Source: Squalus acanthias
Taxonomy: Eukaryota
NCBI GenBank assembly: GCA_030390025.1
Contig: CM059432.1
Coordinates: 9,052,001-9,116,000 of the forward strand
DNA: 64,000 nucleotides
Reading direction: 5' to 3'
Part shown: positions 1-12,167 of the stretch, piece after piece
Layout: each line of letters opens with the position of its first letter
Numbering within the stretch: the stretch's first letter is position 1
Translations under genes and position numbers: made by a program
Notes under the pieces: generated by a model
Told to the model about the DNA's origin: nothing
The model's database searches: none
What the model saw: only the letters and a program-made list of their open reading frames with translations

Positions 1-2430
1 CAAGCAAGATTTTCCCTTTTGAAATCCATGCTGACTATTCATTACTATGTTTTTGGTTTCTAGATGTTCTTCTATTCTCTCCTTTAGTAGGGATTCCATT
101 ATTTTTCCTACCACCGCTGTTAAGCTGACTGGTCTATAATTCCCTGGACATGTTCTATCCCTCTTCTTAAATATAGATATTATGTTATCTATCTGCCAGC
201 CCTCTGGCACTACTACTTTTTCTAATGAATTATTAAATATGTGTAGTAATGCCTCTGCTATCTCTTCCCTAGATTCTTTTAGAATGCATGGATGCAATCC
301 ATCCAGACCAGGGGTTTTATCCTTTTTGAGTTTGATTAGTTTATTTAATATATCCCCTTTTTTAAATTACTAATTACTCATCTCATCATCCAATGTCATG
401 TCCACCTGTTTTATCTCCCTGGTAAACACCGAAGCGAAATAATGATTTAATATTTCTGCCATCTCCCTATCGTTACCTGTGGTGTTATCCTGTCCATCCC
501 TTAATGGCCCTATTCCCATCCCAACCTTCCTTTATTTATTGATGTGCCTGTAAAATATTTTGCTATTTTGTTTTATGTTCCTTGATAATTTCATTTCATA
601 GTTCCTCTTTGCCTTCCTAATTGTGTTTTTGATTTCTCTCCTAATCCCTTCATATTCTCCCTTATCATGCACTCCTCTGCTGTCTATGTACTTAATGTAT
701 GCCTCTTTCCTTACCCTCCATCATTTCCTTATGTCTTTATTCATACATGGAGTCTCATTATTGTTGAGTTTGTTCTTTCCTTTTAGCGGAATATATTTTT
801 CCCGCACTCTGTTGAACACCGTTTTAAATGTTTCCCATTGTCATTCTACATCGCTGTTTGCCAATCTTGTTGGCCATTTTATCTTCCCAAGTTCTATTCT
901 CAGCCCCTCAAAATCAACTTTTCGCCAATCTATTAACTTGGTTTTTGTCATTCTTATTTCCTTCTCTATTGTCATTTTTAAAAATTTGTTTATTGGATGT
1001 GGGCATCGCTGGCAAGGCCAGCATTAATTGCCCATCCCTCATTGCCCTTGAGAAGGTGGTGGTGAGCCGCCTACTTGAACCGCTGTTGTGAAGGTGCTCC
1101 CACAGTGCTGTCAGGTAGGGAGTTCCAGGATTTTGACCCAGCGACGATGAACGATTGGCAATATACTTCTAAGTCAGGATGGTGTGTGACTTGGAGGGGA
1201 ACTTGGAGGTGGTGGTGTTCCCTTGCGCCTGCTGCCCTTGTCCTTCTAGGTGGAAGAGGTCGCGGGTTTGGGAGGTGCTGCCGAAGAAGCCTTGGCGAGT
1301 TGCTGCAGTGCATCTTGTAGCTGGTACACACTGCAGCCACAGTACGCCGGTGGTGGAGGGAGTGAATGTTTAAGGTGGTGGATGGGGTGCCAATCAAGCG
1401 GGCTGCTTTGTCCTGGATGGTGTCGAGCTTCTTGAGTGTTGTTGGAGCTGCACTCATCCAGGCAAGTGGAGAGTATTCCATCACACTCTTGACTTGCGCC
1501 TTGTAGATAGTGGAAAGGCTTTGGGGAGTCAGGAGGGGAGACACTCGCCGCAGAATACCCAGCCTCTGACCTGCTCTTGTTGCCACAGTATTTATGTGGC
1601 TGGTCCAGTTAAGTTTCTGGTCAATGGTGACCCAGAGGATGTTGATTTTAAAGTGTATTATATTATTGTCACCATTGCCTATATGTTCCCCTACTTTTAT
1701 TTCTCTTATCTGCTCTGGCTCATTCGCCATAACTAGATCCAATAGCGAATCCTCCCTTGTTGGGCTTTTCACATATTGGGTTAGAAAGGAGTCCTGTACA
1801 CATTGTAGGAACTCCATTCCCTTATCTCCTTTACCTACCTCTTCTGTCCAATTAATATCGGGGTAGTTGAAATCCCCCATGATTATTATTCTATATTTTT
1901 TACTAATTTCTCTAATTTGTCTGTATAGTTTTTTCTCCACCTCCCTTCCACTATTAGGTGGTCTGTAGACTATGCCTATTAGTGTGATTGATCCTTTATT
2001 ATCTTTTATCTCTAATATGGATTCTATTTTTGTCTTGCTGATATCTACGTCCCTTTTTTCTACAGCCATTGTTATTCCTAATAAGTACAGTTACTCCACC
2101 TCCCCTTTTCCCTCTCTATCTTTTCCGAATATGTTATACCCTGCAATGTTTAATTTCCAGTCCTGATTTTTCTGTAGCCATGTCTCAGTAATCCCTATTA
2201 TGTCTGGTTCCTCCCAAAGCATGATTGCCTCCAGCTCCCCTGTTTTATTACAGACACTGTGTGCATTGCTGTACAGACAGTTTAACTCATTTTTAAAAGG
2301 ATTTCCTCTCACTTTATGTGTCACCATTTTTTAGACTCCTGTTCTATAACTCTATTTGCTCCCTTGCCGTCAATGTCCTCCCTTACTTTATTCTTTCCTA
2401 TGCTCACTTTTCCTGTTTTGTTTATATTTA
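1..2430 (-). mobile_element. Decayed CR1 LINE ORF2 fragment (APE endonuclease to RT N-terminus), interrupted at ~983-1644
   Basis: Minus-strand APE motifs YSNAHSV, IIGITETWL, GIVYRPP, MGDFNYPDINW, LLDLVMAN; RT-proximal CR1 sequence towards position 1. Confidence 0.85.
983..1644 (-). mobile_element. 3' fragment of a second LINE family inserted in the CR1
   Basis: VTIDQKLNWTSHIN...IYKAQVKSVMEYSPLAW RT C-terminus and 3' end; same family at 3420, 21945, 33445, 35965. Confidence 0.85.
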
Positions 2431-2497
2431 GGCTGCTTTTCAGAGAGCTGGCACAGGCACAATGGGCCAAATGGCCTCATGTGCTGTAAGAGTCTAA

Positions 2498-3389
2498 GGG
2501 GGAGAAATTCAGTATCGCCCCATTTGGGGCGCAATTATCGGCCGGGCGCAAAGATTAGCACCTGGCGCTAATTATCGCCACCGACTGCAAACTTGACTTT
2601 TATCGCCCCTGGAGGTGATTGGAGCGCTAAATCAGGCGCTTCACACCTGTCTTAAGGCGCAAAGGCCGAGGAGCGAGGCGCTACCTCAGAGCGCTGGCGA
2701 AGCTCATGTGATGTCAGTCAGCAGTGGAACACACACACAATGGCACGGCCAGTTCTTAAAGGGGATGGTTAATCTTGCTTTCGATCCACATCCTGCTCAT
2801 TGCAGCCTTGAATCTCGGCCTGGAGAGACCTGCACATCAAATCTGCTGGAAAGAACAATGGAGAGTACCAGGCAAAGAGCTCAGAGTGCAGCCCCCACAA
2901 TCTCTTCTAAATCGATACAAGGAATGGCAAATCAAAATGAACCTGCAAAGTGCTGCTCAGTACCCAAAACTCCTTCACACAGCATTGAATCTCTCCAGAA
3001 GTCTCTCTCTCTCTCTCTCAGAATGCGTGGTTCAAAAATTGCACCAACAATAAAAGGCAGGAAGCGGTCACCTCTAAATAGCGCTCCCCCAGTCCCTTCC
3101 TGACTGCAGAACGCTCCCCTCAACCTATCGTTGCTAGCGTCAGGCGGTAAGGCAGGGGGCGCCACTCAATTTCCGCTCCGGGGGGATACCGGGGCGTTGC
3201 GCACTCGAGTGACGTCACGATCTGCCGGCGCAGGAGATCGTGGTGGTAGTGTTTAGCGCCGCCGCAAAATGTCTAGTTAATTTCGCGAGCGGCGCAAACT
3301 TCGCCGCGCCTGGGCGCTAGATGCTTTGCGCCCCATTAGCGCCCTCTTAAGGCGCTAACGGGAGGCGCAACCAACTGAATTTTTCCCCC
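2498..3389 (-). mobile_element. Harbinger-derived MITE, copy 1 (892 bp, inverted relative to the autonomous element)
   Basis: TIRs GGGGGAGAAATTCAGT / ACTGAATTTTTCCCCC; TAA target-site duplication (TSD) at 2495-2497 and 3390-3392; colinear with both ends of 10201-14415. Confidence 0.93.
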
Positions 3390-3419
3390 TAAGATATTAT
3401 GATTCTATGGTTCTATGTT

Positions 3420-3710
3420 CTACCACCTAGAAGGACAAGGGCAGCAGGTGCATGGGAACACCATTCCCTCCAAGTTCCCCTCGAAGTCACACACCATCCT
3501 GACTTGGAAATATATCGGCCGTTCCTTCATCGTCGCTGGGTCAAAATCCTGGAACTCCCTCCCTAACAGCGTTGTGGGAGCACCTTCACCACACGGACTG
3601 CTGCGGTTCAAGAAGGCGGTTCACCACCACCTTCTCAAGGGCAACTGGGGATGGGCAATAAATGCTGGCCTTGCCAGCGATGCCCACATCCCTGGAACGA
3701 ATAAAAAAAT
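3420..3710 (+). mobile_element. LINE 3' end fragment (family of 983-1644)
   Basis: SFIVAGSKSWNSLPNS and the shared 3' terminus. Confidence 0.8.
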
Positions 3711-3954
3711 AATGAAATGTGGCTGAAGTATCTCACCAATTCTTCACTAGCTTAACATCCATTCTAAACGGGTGCTGCTAAAATGTTTAATTTATTTTAC
3801 CTTCATGGGCCCATCCTTCATAGAACCACCCTTATTTCTTCTCTTCTCTCTTTGCTTACAAAGGTCAATCATTGAAAGAGATTACTGTGCCCCATACAAC
3901 TGTGACTGGAAAAAAATGCAGGTTTTTCTAAAGGGTAGCCATCAGCCCTTCACG

Positions 3955-4357
3955 ACAATTTATATTTATATAGTGCCGTTAACGTAGTAAAACATCCCAA
4001 GGCACTTCACAGGAGCGATTATCAAACAAAATTTGACACCGAGCCACATAAGGAGATATTAGGACAGGTGACCAAAAGCTTGGTCAAGAGGTAGGTTTTA
4101 AAAGGCGTCTTAAAGGAGGAAAGAGAGGTAAAGAGGTGTAGAGGTTCAGGGAGGGAATTCCAGAGATTAGGGCCCAGGCAGCTGAAGGCACGGCCGCCAA
4201 TGGTGGAGCGATTAAAACCGGGGATGCGCAAGAGGCCGGAATTGGAGGAGCGCAGAGATCTCGGAGGGTTGTGGGGCTGGAGGAGGTTACAGAGATAGGG
4301 AGGGGGCGAGGCCATGGAGGGGTTTGAAAACAGGGATGAGAATTTTAAAATCGAGGT
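3955..4357 (-). mobile_element. L2 LINE 3' fragment
   Basis: PPYLCNLLQPHNPPRSLRSS...GGRAFSCLGPNLWNSLP, typical L2 ORF2 C-terminus; many copies in the window. Confidence 0.8.
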
Positions 4358-5294
4358 TACTCCTGAAATCTTAGCCCCCGCAACCTCGGCAAATGCCCAG
4401 TGCCTCGTGTTGCAAAAAAATCATCGTATTATGGAAGTGAGCTGACCTCCTATTAGTTCAGATGCTGCCTGACCTGCTGAGCATTGCCAGCATTTTCTGT
4501 ATTTTATCTCACATCAGTTCATTCGAGCACATGCCCAGGCCAGCACCTCAGGGGTAGTGTTCCCATGGTGATGCACCAGGACCCCTTTAGTCGGCCCCGT
4601 GGAATGACGAACAAGTATCAACTCATAAGGCGTTGCACTCCGCATGCTGCCAGGTCCAGGACTGTCTGCTACTATAGTCCCTTCTGTCTGGAGGAGGCTA
4701 TTCATCTGTTCCCTGGGGCCACTTAAACTGTTATCATGTATTAGCATAGCCCTGCAGTCTGGTGTGCTTATTCTTGTTTTACTTTGAATGAGTAGGCAAG
4801 GTATAGTCTGAAGTACTGCTTTTTTCCAAACCATTAAATACAGTCAGCGGAAAACAAGAAGTGTGTGAAATATATTTCAGACGTTAATTGAAGCTGGCCT
4901 GTGATTTTTACAATTGCTTTCTGTTTTGCAGTAATTGTACACAGCTTTAAATTATTAATCTGAAATGTATAAAGTCCAATTGCCGCTAATTCTAAAAGTA
5001 GTTTTTAGACTGTGCAGTAAATCCACTCATCATACTTCAATGTACATTGTGGTGGGGAGGCAATATCCAATTGTTTGGAGAAAACACTTCAATTTTGCTG
5101 TGCGAGAGTCTTCCATCGGTCCTCGACGGTTGGGGACCTCTGTAAGACCTTGTTTTTTTTTTCTTCATTTAATATTAATACTTCATTATTCATCATTCCC
5201 CACCGATAAGAGCAGACAAGTGTGTTGCTGGAATTAGGTTTCCGTCTTAAACTGTAAAATCATCTGGGGAGAACGTGTCAAAAAAATAAATAAA

Positions 5295-5605
5295 ATACGG
5301 GGGAGTTCAAAACTAAGGGCCATAAATATAAGATGGTCACTAATAAATCCAATAGGGAATTCAGGAGAAACGTCTTTACCCAGAGCGTGGTTAGAATGTG
5401 GAACTCGCTCCCACAGGGAGTGGTTGAGGCGAATAGCACAGATGCATTGAAGGGGAGGCTGGATAAGTACATGACGGAGAAAGGAATAGAAGGATATGTT
5501 GATGGGCTGAGATGAGGTAGGGTGGGAGGAGGCTCGTGTGGAGCAGAAACACCGACGCGGACCAGTTGGGCCGAATGGCCTGTTTCTGTGCTGTAAATAC
5601 TATGT
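5295..5605 (+). mobile_element. CR1 3' end fragment
   Basis: RRNVFTQSVVRMWNSLP...LKGRLDKYM followed by CR1 3' UTR. Confidence 0.8.
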
Positions 5606-5794
5606 AAAATCATATAAGTAAAAGACATAAGCCTGGAAATTAGGCCATATGATATTATTGTACAAGTGCTTAGCGTGCTTGTTTTGAAATTCTTTCTCCG
5701 CTATTTATTGGAGACACTCACCTATTTATTTGAACCCAATTATTTTAACCCCTAGTAAAATAGCAGATAAATAAATTTAATAAGAATACATTAA

Positions 5795-6590
5795 GGGGGT
5801 GCCTCGAAAATGTTAGTGCCCCTCCGCTGGAAATTCAGTAGTAGCGCCCCAAGCGGGAGGCGGGGCACTACTGGAAGCGCTCCACCTCCTTCTTGGGGCG
5901 CTACTACTGTAGATCGCGACGCTACGTGCAACAGCGCCACGCGCGGCGGCACATAGCACTGCGTCATTGCAGGCCTCCCTCCCCTGATTAAAGGGGAGGG
6001 GCCTAGCGCAGCACGCACCGGGACCCTGCTGATTCACCGGGGAGCGGGGTGCCGGGAAAAGAGCCCGGCACTCAAGAGATTCAATATTAGTCTTGAATCA
6101 CCTGCATTCGGACTGACACAAGATATGTTATAGGAATGCTGCTTTTGATGGAAATATATAGCACTCGATGCCAATTGACCGTTCGGAATGCCCAAGAGGG
6201 ATTTGGGAAGATGTGGTATGGACCAGATTTGACATAGTCTTGGAGTTAACACTGGGCATCAAGAGGAGTGCCGGGCTGAGCGATCGCCAAAATAAAAATA
6301 AAAATGGCCGCCCGCCACCTGCCCCTTTATGTACCGCCACTGCCGCGGCTGCAAAAACGCCCCCTGACCCTGTCGGACATATCGTCCGGCGATAGGTCAG
6401 GGGGCGCAAGGGAAGTTTGCGGCCGGGGCGCAAGCAGGGGCGCTGCGCACGGCGATGACGTAATCGCTGGCGGCGCAGGGCTGCGGGGTGCTACCGGCTA
6501 CCTGCTGCCGCTAAGCTCCCGCTGAGCTAACGAGCTCCCGGGGGCGCTAACGAGAGGCGCAAATCAACCCAAATTCCCCCCCCCCCCCCC
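5795..6590. mobile_element. GC-rich Harbinger-type MITE-like remnant containing a 180-bp insertion
   Basis: End 6541-6590 (GGCGCTAACGAGAGGCGCAAATCAACCCAAATTCCCCC) resembles the Harbinger terminus; internal inverted repeats at ~5836-5909 and 6062-6277. Confidence 0.6.
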
Positions 6591-6634
6591 GAAGTGTTCA
6601 TACAATATATTGCTCAGCATAATTTCCAGACAAT

Positions 6635-7397
6635 GGGCCAGAAATTCGGCTCTCCGGCTTCCTGCGGGTGCAAGGATCACGCGCGTACTTGCCCTACCGT
6701 GCCTGCCGTTGTGCTTCGGGCCCGCGTGGAATTCGGCTCCTGGGCCTCCTCCAGCTGCCGGCGCGCAGTGCTTGCGTATCCCAGGGGCGCAGTTAGTTCG
6801 AAGCGTCCCCTGGGATCACGTGGGCCATGGAGAGCCAATCGAACAGGGAATCTTCATTCATAGATTTTGACAGGAAGACCTGTCAAATCTATGAATAGAG
6901 ATCGGCCCCAAAACCACACTAAAACTTCAAATAAATAAAAAAAAAATCACATTTTTAAAATAATTATAAATTACATAAATTAACTACTTTAATCAAAAAT
7001 TTAAATTTTTGAAAAAATTAATTACACTTTTTAACGGTGCTAAAAATAAACTTACCTTTCTTTAAAGTATGTAAAAAAGATAAACCTGTTGAAAAATTTT
7101 TAAATTGTACTTAATTCACCACTTACCTTGTTAAAAGCAGGCCTTGCGCCTCCTTTTTTCCTGTGCAGCTTCTCCGTACTTACCCTCACGGAGAAACCTG
7201 AAAAAAAAAACCGAAGTTCGCTGCGTGCGCGCTGCCTCTCCGGCGCACGCGTTCGACCTCTGAACCCCTTCCTTCAGGGGAACGGAAGTTCCGGTTTCCA
7301 GCGCATGCGCAGTGCATGCACGAAACCGGCACTTTCGTTGGGTCTACGGGTGAGTACCCAGCGCGTACTCACCCGTGGAGACCCGAATTTCTGGCCC
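6635..7397. mobile_element. MITE, second family, with AT-rich core
   Basis: TIRs GGGCCAGAAATTCGG / CCGAATTTCTGGCCC; flanks AAT and ATT. Confidence 0.85.
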
Positions 7398-8299
7398 ATT
7401 TAATTTTTCACCCTTGCCAAAATGCCCATTGTTAACTCCAAGACTATGTCAAATCTGGCCCATATCACATCTTCCCAAATCCCTCTTGGGCGTTCCGAAC
7501 GGTCAATTGGCATGGAGTGCTATGTACTTCCATCAAAAGCAGCATTCCTAGAACATATCTTGTGTCAGTCGGAATGCAGGCGATTCAAAGACTAAAATTG
7601 TGCGTAGAGAGATTTTGCTTTCTTTTAGCTTCCCCTCAGAACATTACCTTACAGACCATTTTAAGAATAGAACCTTCCTGCCTTCCTGTCAAACTAACTC
7701 AGGACTCATCTTCGCTCCCAAGACAGTTAAATTCCCGAAGGGGAACGTGTCTCTCATATTGCAAACCGCTCCACCGGCACTCTGCAATTGATCCTGTTGA
7801 TATTCAGGGTAAAAACCTGCACCTCTTTTCCAATCAGAATTGAAGTGTGCCTTGGGTTTAAAGAAAAGATTAAAGAGCAGACACCTCAATAACGTTTTTT
7901 GATTACACAGACGACCTCTTTAGAAAATGCCACGGGATTGTGTTACAGCCAGTAAATGTCATGAAAGAAGAGCACAGGCAGCAATTTTTCAGCGATGTGG
8001 TAGTGCGTTGTCTTTTCAGAGCCACAGTTTACCCAAACAAAGAAAAATAATTACAAGCTTAACAATTCATTCAATGGAGCATCATGACTGGAGATCCTGA
8101 AAGGTATTCATGAAAAACTGCTCTTGACGTACCTATAAATAGGATACTATGAAAAGAATATGCATTTCCAAGATCACTCCAACACAACAGCCAACACACT
8201 TTGATTCAAGTAGTTGCATAACTGAGTCTCCATGACGTCTAACAGTACGAGTTGTTTGCTTCTCGCTGGAGAAAGAATAAAGCTGTAATATTTTTTTGT

Positions 8300-9190
8300 T
8301 ACTCATTCTTGGGATGCGGACATCACTGGAAAAGACGGCATTTATCGCCCATCCCTAGTCACCCCGAGAAGGTGGTGGTGGTGGGCCTTCTTCTTGAACC
8401 ACTTTGATACACATGAGACGCTTGTTGGGCCACTTCAAAGAGCAGTTTAGAGCAAAGCACCTTGTGTGGGACAACAACAACAACAACTTGTGTTTATACA
8501 GCGCCTTTAACGTAGTAAAACGTCCCAAGGCGCAGCACAGGAGTATTTTAAGACAAAAAATTTGACACCGAGCCACATAAGGATAACTTAGGGCAGGTGA
8601 CCAAAAGCTTGGTCAAAGAGGTAGGTTTTAAGGAGCGTCTTAAAGGAGGAGAGAGAGGTAGCGAGGCGGAGAGGTTTAGGCAGGGAATTCCAGAGCTTAG
8701 GGCCTAGGCAACAGAGGTTGAGCGATTAGAATCAGGGATGCTCAAGAGGGCAGAATTAGGGGAGTGCAGATATCTCGGGGGAGGTTGTGGGGCTGGAGGA
8801 GATTACAGAGATAGGGAGGGGGGTGAGGCCATGGAGGGATTTGAAAACAAGGATGAGAATTTTGAAATCGAGGCGCTGCTTAACCGGGAGCCAATGTAGG
8901 TCAGCGAGCACAGGGGTGATGGGCGGACGGGACTTGGTGCGTGACTGGAGTCACGTGTAGGTCAGACCGGTAAAGACGGCAGGTTTCCTTTCCTAAAGGA
9001 CATCAGCGAACCACTTGGGTTTTTACGACAATCCGACAGCTTCATGGTCACTTTCGATGATGCCAGCTTCTTATCTCCAGATTTTTTTTCGAACTCAATT
9101 CGAATTTTCAAACTGGCTCTGGCGGCGATTTGAACTCTCGTCCTCCCAGACCTCATGATTACTAGCCCGGTAACAACAGCCACTATAATA
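8300..9190 (-). mobile_element. tRNA-headed SINE with LINE-derived tail, split by an L2 fragment (~8471-8942)
   Basis: Matches the uninterrupted copy at 43297-43790; L2 tail (CAA)n starts at ~8471. Confidence 0.7.
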
Positions 9191-9292
9191 TTGTGCTCCT
9201 AAGAGTTAATGGAAGAACTAAATATCATTGGTGATCTCCAGCAAAGCAGTCAGTGTCACCGCCAGCTGCCGTTAACGGCCGCCCGAAATGGC

Positions 9293-9403
9293 CGCAGCGC
9301 TAACCGACCTAAGTTGGCGTGGGAGGCATGGAGGTTGGTGGCGCAGCGCTAACCGACCTAAGTTGGCATGGGGGGCATGGAGGTTGGTGGCGCAGCGCTA
9401 ACC
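9293..9403. repeat. 49-bp tandem repeat, ~2.2 copies
   Basis: GCAGCGCTAACC recurs at 9294, 9343 and 9392. Confidence 0.9.
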
Positions 9404-9708
9404 TTGGGTGCGACGCCGTCCTGGTGACATTGCACGAGGGATCCGGGACCAATTTGTAGTCCTGGTGCGTCTGTGTACGAGGCTGTGAAACTCACGATGC
9501 ATTGTGGGCATTGAGGAGCACTGAAATTTAAAGGGGCCATGCACACTGAAGCAAGGGGAAATAAAATGCACTGATTCAATACATTTTTCTGCCCTTTTCA
9601 CAAATATTCAATATTTTTAAAATGTTCCAAATGCGATTATTCAGCTCTTAAAGCTGAATTATCTCCCTAAACTGAACAAACGGGAAAACTGCCTCAGCAC
9701 TCACACAA

Positions 9709-9938
9709 ATGACTCAGCAAGCCAGGGAAGGGTCGCCCAGGGTCTCGCACGCAGCACTCCAGCTTTGTGCAGGGGGGTCAACACTGCAAGAGCGGCCCTC
9801 TACCCACAGGGGCCAGGAGGCCCTCCAGAAAGAAGGATGTGAGAGTACATCACCGAGGCCGTCACTGCCAGCAGTGTCACCCCCACCACCTGGCTCCAGT
9901 GCCCAAAGAAGCTTCATGATCTCAGACCACTAGTCAAG
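9709..9938 (+). pseudogene. Decayed Harbinger Myb/SANT exon 1 in an older element (~9255-10103)
   Basis: Starts MTQQAREGSPRVSHAAL, ends PKKLHDLRPLVK followed by GTCAGT donor, matching RKKFNDLTRVVR-GTGAGT of the intact gene; TIR-like GAATTTTTTGCCC at ~10090-10103. Confidence 0.65.
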
Positions 9939-10372
9939 GTCAGTGAATGTATCTTCAAAAGCCGTCTCCTACCAACTGCACCACGAGCCTCACACACTGC
10001 CGCTGCGGGGACCGCCTCCAGCTGGCGCAAGAGCGGCGGCCACCATTTTTTCGAGAATCTCTGGCGCTAACAGGTGGCGGTAAGTATATGAATTTTTTGC
10101 CCAAAAGCTCTCATATTTAAGTAGGGGCTCTGGGCGAGCAGTGATTTATGACTTCCTTGCACTATGCTCTTATCTGCCTTTGCTCTTTCATAGAGTCATA
10201 GGGGTAAAAATTCAGTTGGTTGCGCCTCCCGTTAGCGCCTTAAATGGGCGCTAATGGGGTGTTAAGGCGCTAACGCCCGGGCGCAGCGCTGTTTGCGCCG
10301 CTCGAGAACTTAACTTGAGATTGTGCGGCGGCGCTAAAACTTACCGCTGCGACCACCTGCGCGCGCAGATTG

Positions 10373-10517
10373 TGACGTCATTCCGTGGTGCAACGCCCTT
10401 GGGGCGCCCCGGAGCGGAAATTGAGTGGCGCCCCCTGCCTTACCGCCTGGCGCTTCCAACGACCGGAAGACTGGAACGTTATCAATCGGTGTGGGGCTGG
10501 GGGGGGCGCTATTTAAA
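10373..10517 (+). promoter_or_regulatory. Putative transposase promoter (CRE plus TATA-like box)
   Basis: TGACGTCA at 10373-10380, retained in all three MITEs; TATTTAAA at 10510-10517, retained in two (TATTTAGA in copy 1). Confidence 0.45.
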
Positions 10518-10712
10518 GAGGGCCTCTTCCTGTCTTTTTCTGTGGTCGACATTTATGCACCACTCGTTCTGAGAGAGAGAGAGAGATTTGGAGAGAGAGA
10601 GAGAGAGACTTCTACATTGACTCAACGCTTTGTGAGGTAGTTTTGCCTAGTTCATCCTAACTTTGCTGCTACTTTCGTTGCTGTACCTCATTACTTTTCT
10701 GGCAAAGAGAAT

Positions 10713-11873
10713 ATGGGGGCTGCAATGATTGGGGGCGTCGTCCTGCTCCAGCTCAATCGGAGGAGAGTGAGACGCAGACAGAGAGTGGCAATGATGGCCA
10801 GACGGAGGAGGGCCATCAGGCGCATGTACAGGAGAGCTTACCCTCCCAGGGTATATCGTGAACAGCTCTCCTACATCCACATGTCCGAGGAGCTGTGTTT
10901 GCGAAGGCTGCGATTCAGCAAGGAGGTGGTCACTGAGCTCTGCCACCTGCTGCAGCCAGATCTGCAGCCTCAGCTGAGGTCCAGGACGTCTCTGTCGGTG
11001 GCAGTGAAGGTCACAGTGGCTTTGAACTTCTACGCCACTGGCTCATTCCAAGCTGCTGTTGGGGACCTCGCCAATATCTCCCAGTTTGCGGTGCATCGCT
11101 GCATCCGGCAGGTCACCAATGCCCTCTTCACAAGGAGACGAGACTTCATCTCCTTCCCTATGACCCCAGACAAGCAGCATGACCGTGCTATGGGCTTTGC
11201 GAGGGTAGCGGACTTCCCCATGGTGCAGGGCGCCATTGACTGCACGCATGTGGCTTTGCGTGCTCCGCGAGAGAATGCAGAGGAGTTCTGGAACAGAAAG
11301 GGGTTCCATTCCTTGAATGTGCAGTTGGTCTGTGACCACAGACAGGTGATTCTCGCTGTCAATGCCCACTATCCGGGCAGCTGCCACGATGCTTTCATCC
11401 TGCGCCAGAGTACTGTGGCAGAAATTTTCGAGGCACCGCATCAGCCAGTTGGTTGGCTTCTGGGGGACAAGGGGTACGCATTGAGCACCTGGCTGATGAC
11501 ACCGCTCCGTGCGCGAAACACCCCTGCTGAGCTGCGGTACCAGGAAAGCCAACAAGCAACCAGGAACATTATTGAGCGCACAATCGGCGTGCTCAAACAA
11601 CGATTCCGCTGTCTGGACCATTCCGGAGGAGCCCTGCAGTACTCGCCTCAGCAAGTTTCCAAATTCGTAGTGGTGTGCTGCATGTTGCACAACATGGCAA
11701 TCCTCAGGACGCAGCCAATGCCACCAGGCCTTGCAGCACCACAAGAGGAGGAGGAGGAAGAGGAGGAACAGGCCGAGGACGATGATCAGCAGCAGCACCA
11801 AGGCAGGAGGGCGGCCCACAATGGTCAAACTGCAAGGGCCGTCCGTCAACGACTAATAGCAAGCCGCTTCTAG
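10713..11873 (+). CDS. Harbinger DDE transposase (HARBI1-like family), 386 aa, intact
   Basis: GAIDCTH, NRKGFHSLNVQLVCD, YPGSCHDAFIL, LLGDKGY, IERTIGVLKQRFRCL, CCMLHN; no stops; acidic tail. Confidence 0.95.
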   Translation: MGAAMIGGVVLLQLNRRRVRRRQRVAMMARRRRAIRRMYRRAYPPRVYREQLSYIHMSEELCLRRLRFSKEVVTELCHLLQPDLQPQLRSRTSLSVAVKVTVALNFYATGSFQAAVGDLANISQFAVHRCIRQVTNALFTRRRDFISFPMTPDKQHDRAMGFARVADFPMVQGAIDCTHVALRAPRENAEEFWNRKGFHSLNVQLVCDHRQVILAVNAHYPGSCHDAFILRQSTVAEIFEAPHQPVGWLLGDKGYALSTWLMTPLRARNTPAELRYQESQQATRNIIERTIGVLKQRFRCLDHSGGALQYSPQQVSKFVVVCCMLHNMAILRTQPMPPGLAAPQEEEEEEEEQAEDDDQQQHQGRRAAHNGQTARAVRQRLIASRF

Positions 11874-12167
11874 GGCCCCTGCCAGTGCTACAAACACGAA
11901 TCAACCCAGCACGCAACCCCTAAGCCGGCCAAGGCACCAATAATTCCAACCACCAGCCATGTATATTTTGAATACAGAAACTTATTTATTGTACAAACTC
12001 TGTGTGTGTCAATTCCTCATGACAAACTCATAGAAATAAACACAAAAAAACAGTCAATAACATAACTGGTTCTCACAACCTGGAGATAATGTCCAAAACA
12101 CTAAACAAAAGTTGGGCCATGAACCTCGGCCTTTAATAAAAAAATGACCAGCATTTTGGCACACCTC

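Noticed and set aside
1071..2069. 332-aa ORF as a novel endonuclease fusion gene
   Set aside because: Chance in-frame junction at ~1644 between a CR1 APE fragment and an inserted LINE tail.
2615..3103. Recurrent ~155-160-aa ORFs in the MITEs
   Set aside because: Non-ATG starts, made of UTR and antisense sequence, and frames vary with (GA)n length.
7629..7808. Possible 180-nt host exon (TTTTAG acceptor, GTAAAA donor, open frame)
   Set aside because: Weak donor, unrecognisable peptide, no partner exons; needs RNA-seq.
11043..11849. 268-aa antisense ORF
   Set aside because: Shadow of the GC-rich transposase; no recognisable motif.
10713..11873. Domesticated host gene HARBI1
   Set aside because: Lies between TIRs with a TSD and a Myb partner, so it is a transposon gene.
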